IMG/VR virus record: IMGVR_UViG_3300037424_002898
Location: 1-43,893 of that record
Reading direction: 5' to 3' (one strand)
Source: a virus
Taxonomy: Duplodnaviria > Caudoviricetes
Length of the DNA stretch: 43,893 nucleotides
Shown here piece by piece: positions 18,259 through 27,762 of this stretch (positions are counted from its first letter, which is position 1; each line of letters opens with the position of its first letter). Position numbers and translations under genes: made by a program. The notes beneath the pieces are model-generated. The model did not search any database and was not told the DNA's origin. It worked only from the letters and a program-made list of their open reading frames with translations.

Positions 18259-18627
18259 TCAACAGCGCAGAGGTTGGAACAGGCTCGCCCCGCAGGCCAT
18301 CACATTTTTGACGGGGGGCACCCTTCTCGATCCATAGTCAGGGCAGGCCAATCGCAAACGATTCGGCATCGGGCCGGCGAACGTTCGGTGTGCGACGTCC
18401 AGGCAAGGCGTGGTGGCATTGGCTACAGCCGTATCGTCCGTCGCCGCCGACCGCATGGACAGGGTTGTGTCAGCCGCAGTAACGGGGTGATCCCCACCGT
18501 CCGGAACACTGGCGGCGGATCCGATCTGCGCCTGTCCGTAACAGGCGTCGCAGGCCATGACGGGCATGGCCAAGAAGATGAGGGCCAGCAGAATCAGCCC
18601 TCCGGTTAAGCTCCACGTTCGGTTCAT
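18259..18627 (-). CDS. Cys-containing protein with signal-peptide-like N-terminus
   Basis: MNRTWSLTGGLILLALIFLAMPVMA then CDAC; AAGGAG RBS. Confidence 0.5.
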   Translation of the reverse strand: MNRTWSLTGGLILLALIFLAMPVMACDACYGQAQIGSAASVPDGGDHPVTAADTTLSMRSAATDDTAVANATTPCLDVAHRTFAGPMPNRLRLACPDYGSRRVPPVKNVMACGASLFQPLRC

Positions 18628-18673
18628 GTTCTCTCCTTCTCTTGGGGTTGAGGTCCGTATTCGGGACCGGTGA

Positions 18674-19054
18674 TTATTCGCTGGTGACCACGATCATCGG
18701 CACGCCGGGATCGGCGGCCGCCGAAAGCGCGGCCTTGCGGTCGGCGATCGATCTGGTCAGTTTTTTCTCCATCTCCTGGAGAAACTTCAGTTTGTCCACG
18801 AACTCCGCCTTGCCGGCGCCGTCTCCCTCGGCCGCGGCCAAGGCCTTCTTGTATTTGCTCATCGCCGGCAGGATCAGCGCCCTGGCCGCCAGATCTGCGA
18901 CCAGAGACTTCTGGCGGGTGGAGAGGTCGATTTCAAGGCTCCCCTCGAAACCGGCCTCGGCCTGCGCCTCCTCGATGAAGGCTCCGAGCGAGGCGGCAAA
19001 AAGCGTCGCCTCGTCGGGAAGCCTGTTATTCACCATGTCCGCAAGGCTGGGCAT
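18674..19054 (-). CDS. Putative head-tail adaptor
   Basis: Helical 126-aa ORF directly after the capsid gene. Confidence 0.55.
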   Translation of the reverse strand: MPSLADMVNNRLPDEATLFAASLGAFIEEAQAEAGFEGSLEIDLSTRQKSLVADLAARALILPAMSKYKKALAAAEGDGAGKAEFVDKLKFLQEMEKKLTRSIADRKAALSAAADPGVPMIVVTSE

Positions 19055-19057
19055 GGG

Positions 19058-20065
19058 TTACGCCGGGTTGCCGCGGGTGAAGATCTTCGCCGCATCGGTG
19101 AAGATCCGGGAAAAACCGACGACCTGGGAGATGACGGTCTTCTCGAACTGGCGGTCGATGACCTTGTCGGTTTCGATCAGTTCGGCGCCCGATTCCTTCA
19201 CCTGTTCCAGGGCGGCCGACTTGTCGACCTGGAAGAGCTGGGCATCGCCGAGGACGGTCTCGGTCCAGTTGAAGCGCTTGAGAGGGAAACCGAAGGGCTT
19301 GGCCAGATCGCCCGTGCGGGCGGTATCGAAGAGTCGGCTGTCCTTGAATTCGGGGACCTTGAGAATCTCCTTGAGCAGCGGCGTCTTGCAGGCCCAGACC
19401 GAGGCTTCCCAGTTGTCCATGTCGAGATAGAAATCGAGCAGGTTCTCGTAGGTGACCGGGGTTGCGGCGGTGGCCGGGGCGGCATTGGCATTGCCGTCGC
19501 CGTTGATCAGGTTGTAGACGGCATAGGCGACCATGCGCTTGGCCAGGCGTTTGCCGATCAGCTGCATGTGGATGGAGAGGAGCGGCAGCTTCATTCGCCG
19601 CAGCACCTCGTAGGTCACATCCAGCTGCACACCGATCTTCGCCAGCCGGATCGACGACTTGCCGGAACTGATGGAGACAGTCGGGAAAGGCGCACCCTCG
19701 GCGATCTTCTTGAAGTCGAGGTTCTTCTCGGCAAACTGGGCGTTCACCGTCTCGTAGACGCCGCTGTCGATGGTGGTGGTGGTGGCGATCAGCTCCTCGA
19801 GGGTGAGGTCCTGGCGGGAGAGGCCGGCGATACCGATGCGCACGTTGCGGTTGATGAACTCGGGAAAGAGGACGCTGTCCTCCTTGGTCCGGTAGAATTT
19901 CTCCACCGTATCCTTCTTCAGGTTGATGTCGCGATCCATGAGGGCGAACTCGAAGGCGTCGAGGTTCTCGACGGTCGACGGGTTTTCCGCCGCCAGCAGC
20001 TCGGAGAAGGTCATCCCCTTCTGCCGGGCCTGCTGATACATTCCTTTTTCCAGCTTCAGTGCCAT
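19058..20065 (-). CDS. Major capsid protein
   Basis: 335 aa; IAEGAPFP, KIGVQLDVTYE, LINGDG HK97-fold motifs. Confidence 0.88.
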   Translation of the reverse strand: MALKLEKGMYQQARQKGMTFSELLAAENPSTVENLDAFEFALMDRDINLKKDTVEKFYRTKEDSVLFPEFINRNVRIGIAGLSRQDLTLEELIATTTTIDSGVYETVNAQFAEKNLDFKKIAEGAPFPTVSISSGKSSIRLAKIGVQLDVTYEVLRRMKLPLLSIHMQLIGKRLAKRMVAYAVYNLINGDGNANAAPATAATPVTYENLLDFYLDMDNWEASVWACKTPLLKEILKVPEFKDSRLFDTARTGDLAKPFGFPLKRFNWTETVLGDAQLFQVDKSAALEQVKESGAELIETDKVIDRQFEKTVISQVVGFSRIFTDAAKIFTRGNPA

Positions 20066-20135
20066 GTCATTGCTCCTTTAAAAGATTGCCGTCCCATGGG
20101 TCTCTTGAGTCCCATAGGTCCTATCGCTTTGGCCT

Positions 20136-20507
20136 TTACCCCAGATCCAGTACCAGCGTGCCCGCGGCCTCGTCGACGCGGACCACGTCGTACATGCGCC
20201 CGGTGCCGGCCACGGCCGGAGCCTTGACCCCGCCGAGCCCGTCGGCCACCAGCTCCACAAAGCCGGCAACCGGAGCGGCCCCGGAAAAGGCGACCTCCTT
20301 GAACCCCTTACGCTGCACGGCCGAAACCTCGCCGCCCAGGTCGACCTTGTCGATGACGCCGTAGAAGATGTCCTCGGCGTCGCACAGGTCGACGGTGTCA
20401 TTGGCGGACAGCTTGCCCACCTTCCCCTCATCGGCGGCCACCAGCCCGGCCGCCGACAAGAGCGTGATCACCGCGACCCCAATTCCGGTAAAATCGATTC
20501 CCCACAT
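20136..20507 (-). CDS. Head decoration/cement protein
   Basis: Small G/A/V-rich ORF between protease and capsid; AGGAG RBS. Confidence 0.65.
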   Translation of the reverse strand: MWGIDFTGIGVAVITLLSAAGLVAADEGKVGKLSANDTVDLCDAEDIFYGVIDKVDLGGEVSAVQRKGFKEVAFSGAAPVAGFVELVADGLGGVKAPAVAGTGRMYDVVRVDEAAGTLVLDLG

Positions 20508-20534
20508 GGTCAAAGCTCCTTTGAAAGTTGTTCA

Positions 20535-20560
20535 TGTAGGGGCGAGGCATGCCTCGCCCT
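20535..20560. repeat. GTAG-type REP (TGTAGGGGCGAGGCATGCCTCGCCC)
   Basis: GTAG followed by palindrome; 23/25 match in inverted orientation at 22755..22779. Confidence 0.7.
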
Positions 20561-20565
20561 GGTTG

Positions 20566-21672
20566 CTACAGCTTGTAATCCTCTGCCCGCTTGCCGCCGA
20601 GTCTCTCTCCGTCCTCGGTCTCCTGCGATGAACGGCGCGAAAGCGTCTCGCCGCACTTGGTGCACTTGAGCGGCGCGGCACCCTCGACGCCCGCTTCGTA
20701 CTCTTCGCACAGCGCCCGGGCAACGGCGAGGTCGGCCTTGTCGATGACACCGGTGATGAAAGTGTCGACGGCCTTTTCCTTTTTCAGAGCCTTGTACAGG
20801 GTGGCAGCGCGGGTACGGGTCTCGGCCAACACCTGCTGGCCGAGCTTGGCATCGGGCTTGAGCCCGTCGAGCTCGGCCTGTTTGGTGTCGAGCAACACCT
20901 TGATCTTGGCCTCTAACTCCTCGGCTGTCAGTTCGGTCCCCTCGGCGGTCCCCAGCCGGGCGGCCAGTGCGGCAGTTACTTTCATGTCGGCATCTCCTCC
21001 TTCGGTGGGCTGTTCCAGCCCGGTTTTTGTTTTGCCGCCCGGGGCGGCCAACGATTTTGCAAAGGGGTCTTCCCCTTCCCAGACAATCGAGACTTCGGCG
21101 GCCCGGGTGATCTTGGTGATGACGAAGCGGACGATCTCCCCGTCCACCTCCTGGCCGAGGAAGTCGTAGAAGTTACGGAGATCGGGATGGCTGCGTTCGT
21201 ATTCGAACCAGATCGTCACGCTCGCCGAGCGCAGCGCCTTGATCTCCACCCCGCGGGCCAGACGTGCGTCGACGGTCCGGTCGATGACCAGCAGGGCATT
21301 GATCCCCGGCGGCGTATTCTTGTCGTCCCAGGTCGGGTCCTGGACGAACCCCTTCCAGTTCTCGACATCCGCATTGTGGTTGGTGTAGAGCGTGATTCCG
21401 GCAAAAAGCGGTGCCGCCGCTTTCAGCACCCCGGGCGTGGTGAAGTCGAAGTACCGGTAGGGGGTGATTGCCATCGACAGAATCCGCCAAGGAACGGCCA
21501 GGAACTCCTCGGGGTTCAGTCCGCCGTTGTCCGGCTCCCCTTCGCCGGCGGCGAAGTTGAACGGCTCTTTGAGTCCCGGCAGGGTCGCCCCGGAAACCGC
21601 CATGCCGAACCGTCCCCAGGCCAGACCCTCCCGCACCACCTCGAATTGTTTCTGATCGGTCTTCTTTTCCAT
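20566..21672 (-). CDS. Prohead protease/scaffold protein
   Basis: LYTNH, RSASV, EVSIVWEGEDP motifs; helical C-half ending in CTKC. Confidence 0.75.
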   Translation of the reverse strand: MEKKTDQKQFEVVREGLAWGRFGMAVSGATLPGLKEPFNFAAGEGEPDNGGLNPEEFLAVPWRILSMAITPYRYFDFTTPGVLKAAAPLFAGITLYTNHNADVENWKGFVQDPTWDDKNTPPGINALLVIDRTVDARLARGVEIKALRSASVTIWFEYERSHPDLRNFYDFLGQEVDGEIVRFVITKITRAAEVSIVWEGEDPFAKSLAAPGGKTKTGLEQPTEGGDADMKVTAALAARLGTAEGTELTAEELEAKIKVLLDTKQAELDGLKPDAKLGQQVLAETRTRAATLYKALKKEKAVDTFITGVIDKADLAVARALCEEYEAGVEGAAPLKCTKCGETLSRRSSQETEDGERLGGKRAEDYKL

Positions 21673-21758
21673 CGCTCACCTCTTTCCGGAATGCCCGCCA
21701 AGGGGGCAGATTTTGTTTATAAACAGGGTGTCAAGACTTTTGCGGGTCTTGGTCCCCT

Positions 21759-24062
21759 TCAATCCTCTGCCACCTTCCTGTGGCGACATTCCGGATGGAA
21801 GGGCGGTGACTCAAATCCGGCTGCCTGCAACTCCTCGTCGCTCATCCCCTGCACCTGGTCGAGGGTATAGTGACTGGAGAGAAAGGGCGGAAGCTGGCTG
21901 CGCGATTCGAACCCCTTTTCCAGGATTTTCGCCAGACGCGTGGCTGCGGCCTTGACCTCGAACACGCGGTCCAGCATCGACTTGCAAAATTCGCAAATCG
22001 GAGCGGTGCGCGGGCCGACGATGCGGTAGCGTTCGAAGCCGTTCTCGTAGAGAGAGAGGGTCTGTCCCATGTTCTGCACCCGGCTCATGGTGGTGGAGAC
22101 CAACTGCACCGTCTTGCGGTAGCTGGTGGTTCTGACCACCTCGGGGAACTCGCGGCGAAACTCGTCCCAGGTCGGGTTGTCCTTGATATTGAGGCCCTTG
22201 GCGATGTACTCCCGCTCCAGCCAGTTGACAAAGTTGCGGCCGGTGGTCTCGTTGTCGGCCAGATAATTGCCGCGACCGAAGTAGTACCGCTCGATGCTCG
22301 TCAGGTAACGCAGGGCGTTGCGGTCGATCACGCCAAGATCGAGGCCGAAGGACCTCCCCCGCCTTTCGGCACCCCCTCCTAATTTAGAAAGGGGCCGGGG
22401 GGTGGTCGCCTGGAGAAAACTGGTGTCCTCGTGTCGGTAGTGCTGCCAGGCGTCGCCCGTGAAGCGGTCCGTCACACGGCCCACAGCCGAAGCGGCCAGC
22501 TTGCCTCGCAGCATGTCGGCGAAGGCGGCAAAGACAGCCTGAGCAAAAGCGCGTGCCGTGGCCCTGGTGTCGGCAAACTCTTCAGCCTTCTCCAGTGCCG
22601 CGGCGATCGCCGCTTCTTCGGGGCCGTCCAGCACGCTCTGCAGTGCGGCGACGTAGCTCTGATCACGACGATCGTCCGCCGGTTCTTCGAGGCGGATCAC
22701 CTCAGGCTTGAACTCGTAGCGCCCGGCCTGTCGGTTGAAGGCGAAGCGGACGGCGGGCGAGGCATGCCTCGACCCTGCACGGTTGAACAGACCCGCTGGC
22801 GGAATGTCGCCGGGCAGCCGGCCGGTGGCCTCGTCGTAGCCGAGTTCGCGGGCCGCCTCGTCGTCGGAGATGATTCCGCCGTCACGCTTTTTCAGGACGT
22901 TCTCGATCTTCTTCCCCTCGGCCTCCTCCTTTTCCTTCTGTTGGAAGCCGCTGTTCTGGTTGAAGGAGACCGCGATATTGGCGTCGATGCCGCGCAGCAG
23001 CAGATCGAGGGTGTACCCCTTCTCGATGAAGCGCTTGATCATCCGCCGGGCGTTGACCAGTTTGGTCACCAGCCGCTCGTAATCGACCTCGGCGTAGGTC
23101 TCTGTCGTGGAGTAGCTGCGGCCCATCATCGACGGGGGGATATCGAGGCCGGAGAGGATCTGCTCCTCGTTGAGCTCCCAGATCTGTTTGGCGCCGGCGG
23201 CCGCCCCGGGAGAGATGGCGTTGTGCTTCGCCTCCTGGTCCTTGTAGTGGACCGCCACCCCTTTACTGAGGTTGGCGGCGTAGGCCTTGGCGTAGGCCGC
23301 CAGACGCTTCTGCAGGCGGGATGCGTAGGCCTCGTCCGACTCGCCGGACTTCTGCGGCGGCACCTCCAGGGCGACGTCGAGAAAGCCGAGCAGACCCATC
23401 TTCTTGAGGATGTGGCCGATGTTCCCCAGAGCGTCGAGTTGCCCCTCGATGTTCTTTATCGCCGCCAGCCAGGGCGGAATGGCATAGGGACGGCCGTCGA
23501 GGGTCTGCAGCGGTCCGTAACTGTAGGTGAAGGGGTTGAGCTTCACGTAGGCGCTCTCGCCCGCCCGGCCGGTGTACTGGTAGGGCCGCCAGACGCCCTC
23601 GTCGCGCTTGAAGCGGATCGACTTCACCGGCACCACCGCCACGTCGAAGACCCCCTCGGTCACCCGGTCGGCGATCACCCACTCGGCCGACAGCGCTCCC
23701 ATGAGCGGGATCTGCCGAAAAAAGTGGTTGACCAGGCCGTCCATGCCGCCGCCGGTGTGATAGACGTTGCCGGCGAGGAAGTTCAGGCGATCGAGCACCG
23801 CCTCCGGATTGCGCGCCTCCACCGCCACCTCATGGCCGGTGTTGCCGAGGTTCACCCAGATGGAAAGCGCCTGGGAGACATCGGGGTTAAAGACCGACAG
23901 CGGCTCGAGCACGGCGAGCAGCTCGGGCGGGAAGTCCGGCGTGGCGAAATCGTAGAACCCCGAGAGCCGCCCGATCGTGCCGCCCATCGTCTCCTCGGCC
24001 GGAATCGACTGCTGTCCCGGCAGAACGTCGACCGTCTGTTTTTTGAAGGGCCACCACTTCAT
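21759..24062 (-). CDS. Portal protein fused to MuF-like minor head protein
   Basis: Follows TerL; portal-like N-part ending IISDDEAARELGY; C-terminal CEFC..PPFHPECRH MuF signature. Confidence 0.82.
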   Translation of the reverse strand: MKWWPFKKQTVDVLPGQQSIPAEETMGGTIGRLSGFYDFATPDFPPELLAVLEPLSVFNPDVSQALSIWVNLGNTGHEVAVEARNPEAVLDRLNFLAGNVYHTGGGMDGLVNHFFRQIPLMGALSAEWVIADRVTEGVFDVAVVPVKSIRFKRDEGVWRPYQYTGRAGESAYVKLNPFTYSYGPLQTLDGRPYAIPPWLAAIKNIEGQLDALGNIGHILKKMGLLGFLDVALEVPPQKSGESDEAYASRLQKRLAAYAKAYAANLSKGVAVHYKDQEAKHNAISPGAAAGAKQIWELNEEQILSGLDIPPSMMGRSYSTTETYAEVDYERLVTKLVNARRMIKRFIEKGYTLDLLLRGIDANIAVSFNQNSGFQQKEKEEAEGKKIENVLKKRDGGIISDDEAARELGYDEATGRLPGDIPPAGLFNRAGSRHASPAVRFAFNRQAGRYEFKPEVIRLEEPADDRRDQSYVAALQSVLDGPEEAAIAAALEKAEEFADTRATARAFAQAVFAAFADMLRGKLAASAVGRVTDRFTGDAWQHYRHEDTSFLQATTPRPLSKLGGGAERRGRSFGLDLGVIDRNALRYLTSIERYYFGRGNYLADNETTGRNFVNWLEREYIAKGLNIKDNPTWDEFRREFPEVVRTTSYRKTVQLVSTTMSRVQNMGQTLSLYENGFERYRIVGPRTAPICEFCKSMLDRVFEVKAAATRLAKILEKGFESRSQLPPFLSSHYTLDQVQGMSDEELQAAGFESPPFHPECRHRKVAED

Positions 24063-25585
24063 GCCAGGGCCTCCGCGAATTCAGGCAGGGTGTCGGTTAC
24101 GGTGCGGGTAAGCCCCGATTGCAGTTTGCTGATCGCCATCTCCGAGGAGTCGGGGCCGTCGTCGTTGACCGAGGGCGTGAGCAGATAGACGAATTGCTCC
24201 ACCAGTCGGTTCTGGTCGCTGTGCCCCTTGATGAACTTGATCTTGCCGAACTCCCACAGGTAGGCGCAGGTTCCGACGATCCGGGCCTCTTTGTTCGTAT
24301 TGTGCTGCACCGGCGCCCAGGGCAGGAAGCGGCTGACCTCTTTGGCGTAGTTCTGGATGGCGGCGTGGAGGAAGTCCTTGAGCATGTTCTCCTCCACCTC
24401 GACCGACTGCGAGCGGTACTCGTCGTGCTGGGCGTAGGCGGCGGCGAACATCTCTCCGATCGACTTTTTCTTGAGCCAGGCGTGCCGGCAGTAGAACGTC
24501 ATCGTCGAGAAATCCAGACTGAAGGTGACAACCGCCCGGTAGTCGTTGTTCTCGCCGGCCTTGGCGCTCGGATCGACGGCGGTGACGGTGATCAGCGTCT
24601 TGCCCGAGAGTTCTTCCGGCTGGTAGTACTGCGCCTGCTCCTCCGGGAAGGGGGAGCCGTCCACGGCGACCTTGTTGCGCATCTCCCGGTTGAAGTCGAA
24701 GGCGCCCATGTCGCGTTTCTTCTTCATCAAACGCTCCATCGGCCAGTTGGCCTCCCATAAGGGGCGCTCGAAGGGGGTGCCTTCGTCGAGGATGGCGTCA
24801 TAGACCCGTGAGAAATAGAGCGGCTCGTTGGTCTCTTCGTCTTTCGTCTCGATCAACTGGGAGATGGCCGAGCGGGGATGAAAGAGGTTGCCGACCAGCA
24901 TCGCCTTGTAGCCCTTGCCCATCGAGCCGAGGACGGTGCCGCGGATCCAGCTGATCAGCTTCTTGACCAGGCGCGGATTCTCGACGTTGTCGTCGTTTTC
25001 CATGTCGTCGAAACGGACATAGTCCGGGCGGTGGGGGCCGTTCTTCAGGCCGCGAACCTTGTCCTTGCGGCCGCGGGCCAGGATCAGGGTGCCGCTCTTG
25101 GTTTTGAAGTCGTCGTCGCTCCAGCGCCTGGCGCGCATGTCACCGAAGTCGTGGCGGATACGGACGTTCTCTTCGAGCTCGAGCTTGATCGCGACCGTAA
25201 AGTTCTGCGCCTGCTCGTGGGTGTCGGAGATCAGCATGCCGAATTTGATCAGGTCGTGGCAGATGACGTGCAGCGGGTCGCCAAAGGTAAAGAAGGTGCT
25301 CTTGGCGTGTTCGCGGGGGGCGCCGACCAGGGCGAACTGATCCTCGAGGGCGGCGATCTCCGCCCACTCCTGATGAAAATCGCCGAAGGCGGTGGTGAAG
25401 TAGTGCGGCATGTAGGTCTGCATGAAGAAGAGCTTGTCGGTCTTCGACCGCTCGATGCGCGCCTTCTTCTTTTCCTGCGTGTCGTTCTCGAAGGGGCTGA
25501 CTCCCTCCTGAATGAACGCGCGCAGCTCGGCGACCTGCTTGTCGTATTGTCCCTCGCTGATCAGGGGGCGCTTACGCATTGACAT
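24059..25585 (-). CDS. Terminase large subunit
   Basis: APREHAKST Walker A, RFDDMEND, VDPS, NDDGPDS. Confidence 0.93.
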   Translation of the reverse strand: MSMRKRPLISEGQYDKQVAELRAFIQEGVSPFENDTQEKKKARIERSKTDKLFFMQTYMPHYFTTAFGDFHQEWAEIAALEDQFALVGAPREHAKSTFFTFGDPLHVICHDLIKFGMLISDTHEQAQNFTVAIKLELEENVRIRHDFGDMRARRWSDDDFKTKSGTLILARGRKDKVRGLKNGPHRPDYVRFDDMENDDNVENPRLVKKLISWIRGTVLGSMGKGYKAMLVGNLFHPRSAISQLIETKDEETNEPLYFSRVYDAILDEGTPFERPLWEANWPMERLMKKKRDMGAFDFNREMRNKVAVDGSPFPEEQAQYYQPEELSGKTLITVTAVDPSAKAGENNDYRAVVTFSLDFSTMTFYCRHAWLKKKSIGEMFAAAYAQHDEYRSQSVEVEENMLKDFLHAAIQNYAKEVSRFLPWAPVQHNTNKEARIVGTCAYLWEFGKIKFIKGHSDQNRLVEQFVYLLTPSVNDDGPDSSEMAISKLQSGLTRTVTDTLPEFAEALA

Positions 25586-26075
25586 TGAGACACTCTTCCT
25601 TGAACGCCAGGGTCAGGGGATCGAAACTCTCGGCCAGGGCTTTGAGCCCTTCGGGGTCGTTGTCGCGCAGCCAGCCGGCGATGAACTGCAGGTTCTCCAG
25701 GAACACCTTCGGACGGTCGTAGCCGCCGCCGGCGGACGCTGCCCGCTCGACGGTTTCCCACCGCTGAACCAGTGCACCCAACTGAGTCAGGGTGTTCAGG
25801 GTCGGCTGAGGGATAGCCCCTGACTGTCGCTCCTCTGCAAAGAGAAGCTCTCTATCGAAGAGATTTTTAAGGCGCTGCATGTTACTGCTCTTCTGCGCCC
25901 TGGCCTTGTCCCAGTCGTCCTGATCCTCATTGGGGCGGCGGGTTTCGGCCTTCCAGGACGAAAGGCTCTGCCGGCTCACCCCCAGGGCCTCGGAAATCGC
26001 TTCCAGGGTCTGCCCCTCGGCGTACATCCGAAAAGCGACTTCGTAGAGCTTGGATTTCGCGCCCTTCTCGGCCAT
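25572..26075 (-). CDS. Terminase small subunit-like HTH protein (DUF1804-like)
   Basis: N-terminal HTH, DDWDKAR motif, upstream of TerL. Confidence 0.78.
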   Translation of the reverse strand: MAEKGAKSKLYEVAFRMYAEGQTLEAISEALGVSRQSLSSWKAETRRPNEDQDDWDKARAQKSSNMQRLKNLFDRELLFAEERQSGAIPQPTLNTLTQLGALVQRWETVERAASAGGGYDRPKVFLENLQFIAGWLRDNDPEGLKALAESFDPLTLAFKEECLNVNA

Positions 26076-26185
26076 CAGCCCTTCCCCCCGGTCATGCCCT
26101 CGGCCAGATCGTCAATGAGTCGATCGACGATAACGAGAACCGCATAAACCGCCGCCACGATCAAAAGCATCGACCAGGAGTTCAT
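26075..26185 (-). CDS. Small single-TM protein (36 aa)
   Basis: MNSWSMLLIVAAVYAVLVIVDRL..; coupled by ATGA and TGATG overlaps. Confidence 0.55.
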   Translation of the reverse strand: MNSWSMLLIVAAVYAVLVIVDRLIDDLAEGMTGGKG

Positions 26186-26427
26186 GCCAGCGCCCTCTCC
26201 AGCCTGGCAATTTCGCTGAGCGTCGCCTGCAGTTCACCCCAGGCGGAAACCAGCTCGTCCATCTGCTCGGCGAGCTGCGGGATCTCCAGCTCGGCGACTG
26301 GCGTCAGGGTCGTGTTGAGCCCGGTCCGGATCGCCTGGGCACTCCCCTCGATACGCAGCTTCAGGCGCCTGTTCCGGTCCCTGGCTTCGGCCAGCTTGCC
26401 TTTCATGGCGGCGCGTTCGAGATTCAT
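26182..26427 (-). CDS. Coiled-coil hypothetical protein
   Basis: 81-aa coupled ORF. Confidence 0.7.
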   Translation of the reverse strand: MNLERAAMKGKLAEARDRNRRLKLRIEGSAQAIRTGLNTTLTPVAELEIPQLAEQMDELVSAWGELQATLSEIARLERALA

Positions 26428-26759
26428 AGATCCTTCTCCACCTTGGGGTTCTTCCGCATCAGGGGACAGAACAGGTTGCTGTCCACCCGGTCGCGGACCT
26501 GGGTCATGGTCTGGGTCGAGAGGATGACGATGTCCTGGTATCCCTCGGCCACCTTGTTAAACGCCGAAACCAGCTTGGTGTTGTCCTCGTACATCTTCAC
26601 TACGGCCGAGTGGCGCTTGTCCTGGCCGAGGGTGATGACCCACATCCCCACCCAGGGGCCGAGGACAACCAGAACAAAGACAGAGAGCAGCGGCCAGGTG
26701 CCGATCTCTTTGATCACCGCCAGCACGGCGGTCATGGTTGCAATCTCGGGGGGCGTCAT
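26424..26759 (-). CDS. Membrane protein, first late gene (possible holin/antiholin)
   Basis: One long hydrophobic segment; GGAG RBS. Confidence 0.6.
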   Translation of the reverse strand: MTPPEIATMTAVLAVIKEIGTWPLLSVFVLVVLGPWVGMWVITLGQDKRHSAVVKMYEDNTKLVSAFNKVAEGYQDIVILSTQTMTQVRDRVDSNLFCPLMRKNPKVEKDL

Positions 26760-26939
26760 GCTCTATCTCCCGATTCCGGCTTGTGCATAGTGGCCTCGAA
26801 TGATTTTTGCTAAGGTTGGCCCGGCGGGGGTCAGCCGCCGGGCCGGTTCAGGAGGTCGAGGCCAAAAGCCTCTTTGCTGGACTGGAGAATATAGGTATTA
26901 CGGGGGGATAGCGCGGTGGACTGGTGGCATCTGACAGTC

Positions 26940-26968
26940 AAAAGGCCCCTCCGGAAGAGGGGCCTTTT
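26940..26968. terminator. Bidirectional intrinsic terminator between antirepressor module and late operon
   Basis: AAAAGGCCCCTC-CGGAA-GAGGGGCCTTTT. Confidence 0.8.
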
Positions 26969-27105
26969 GTGTGGGGCGGGAGTAGGAAATAGCGGGCCGA
27001 CCGCCTACATCCTTGGGGGAGGTTTTCCCCCCAGATTGGGGGGAAAACCCCTCTCGTGATTCGGCGTCAATTTTGTACGCAAACCGGTAGTCGGCCAGTT
27101 CTTGG

Positions 27106-27762
27106 TTAGTTGAAGAGGTTGGGCTGTCGGTCGTCGGGACGTTCAACCTGCTTTTTGTATCGCCTGGTGAGTTTGTCGACCGAGTCCTTGCTTCGGCCGA
27201 AATGCTCGCCGATGACCTTGTTGCTCTTGCCTTTGGCCTTCATGGCGAAAACCGTTTGGATATCGGCCTCGCTCCAGGGCAGGCCGCGACGAGGGGCGAA
27301 CCCGGCAGACTGCAGCTCCAGACGCTCGATGTAGATATTCTGCAGGTCGATCATCTGTTCCGACTTCACAGCCACGTGCCCCGGCTGCAGCACCTTTTCC
27401 CCGGCATGTTCGAAGGCGAGAAACCCCTCGACGATTCGAATCGCCATCTCGACGGCGGCATCGGTCGAAAGGATGGTGGCGAACATGTATGCGCCCCTTT
27501 TGGAGTACCCAAAAGGGAGGTGTCCGCCCCGCCAGTCGAGGTCACATTTTGTGACCTCGGTTTCGACCAGCTGGAAGTAATCAGACCCCTCAAGAAACTT
27601 CTTTGGGTTGCGCTCCCGCGCTTGGTTCAGCTGCTTGCCTTCCACCCCATAGGCCGCCGCAACATCGCGCGCCAACATGAAGGGCGGGCGCCCCGGGAGC
27701 TGAAAAATAGGGAACTGCTGATCTGTCTTGACCATGCCGTTGTTTCTGACCATCTGATTCAT
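27106..27762 (-). CDS. ORF6N-domain antirepressor-like protein with C-terminal HTH
   Basis: MLARDVAAAYGVE..LNQARERNPKKF..YFQL..PFGYSKRGAYMFATILST. Confidence 0.85.
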   Translation of the reverse strand: MNQMVRNNGMVKTDQQFPIFQLPGRPPFMLARDVAAAYGVEGKQLNQARERNPKKFLEGSDYFQLVETEVTKCDLDWRGGHLPFGYSKRGAYMFATILSTDAAVEMAIRIVEGFLAFEHAGEKVLQPGHVAVKSEQMIDLQNIYIERLELQSAGFAPRRGLPWSEADIQTVFAMKAKGKSNKVIGEHFGRSKDSVDKLTRRYKKQVERPDDRQPNLFN

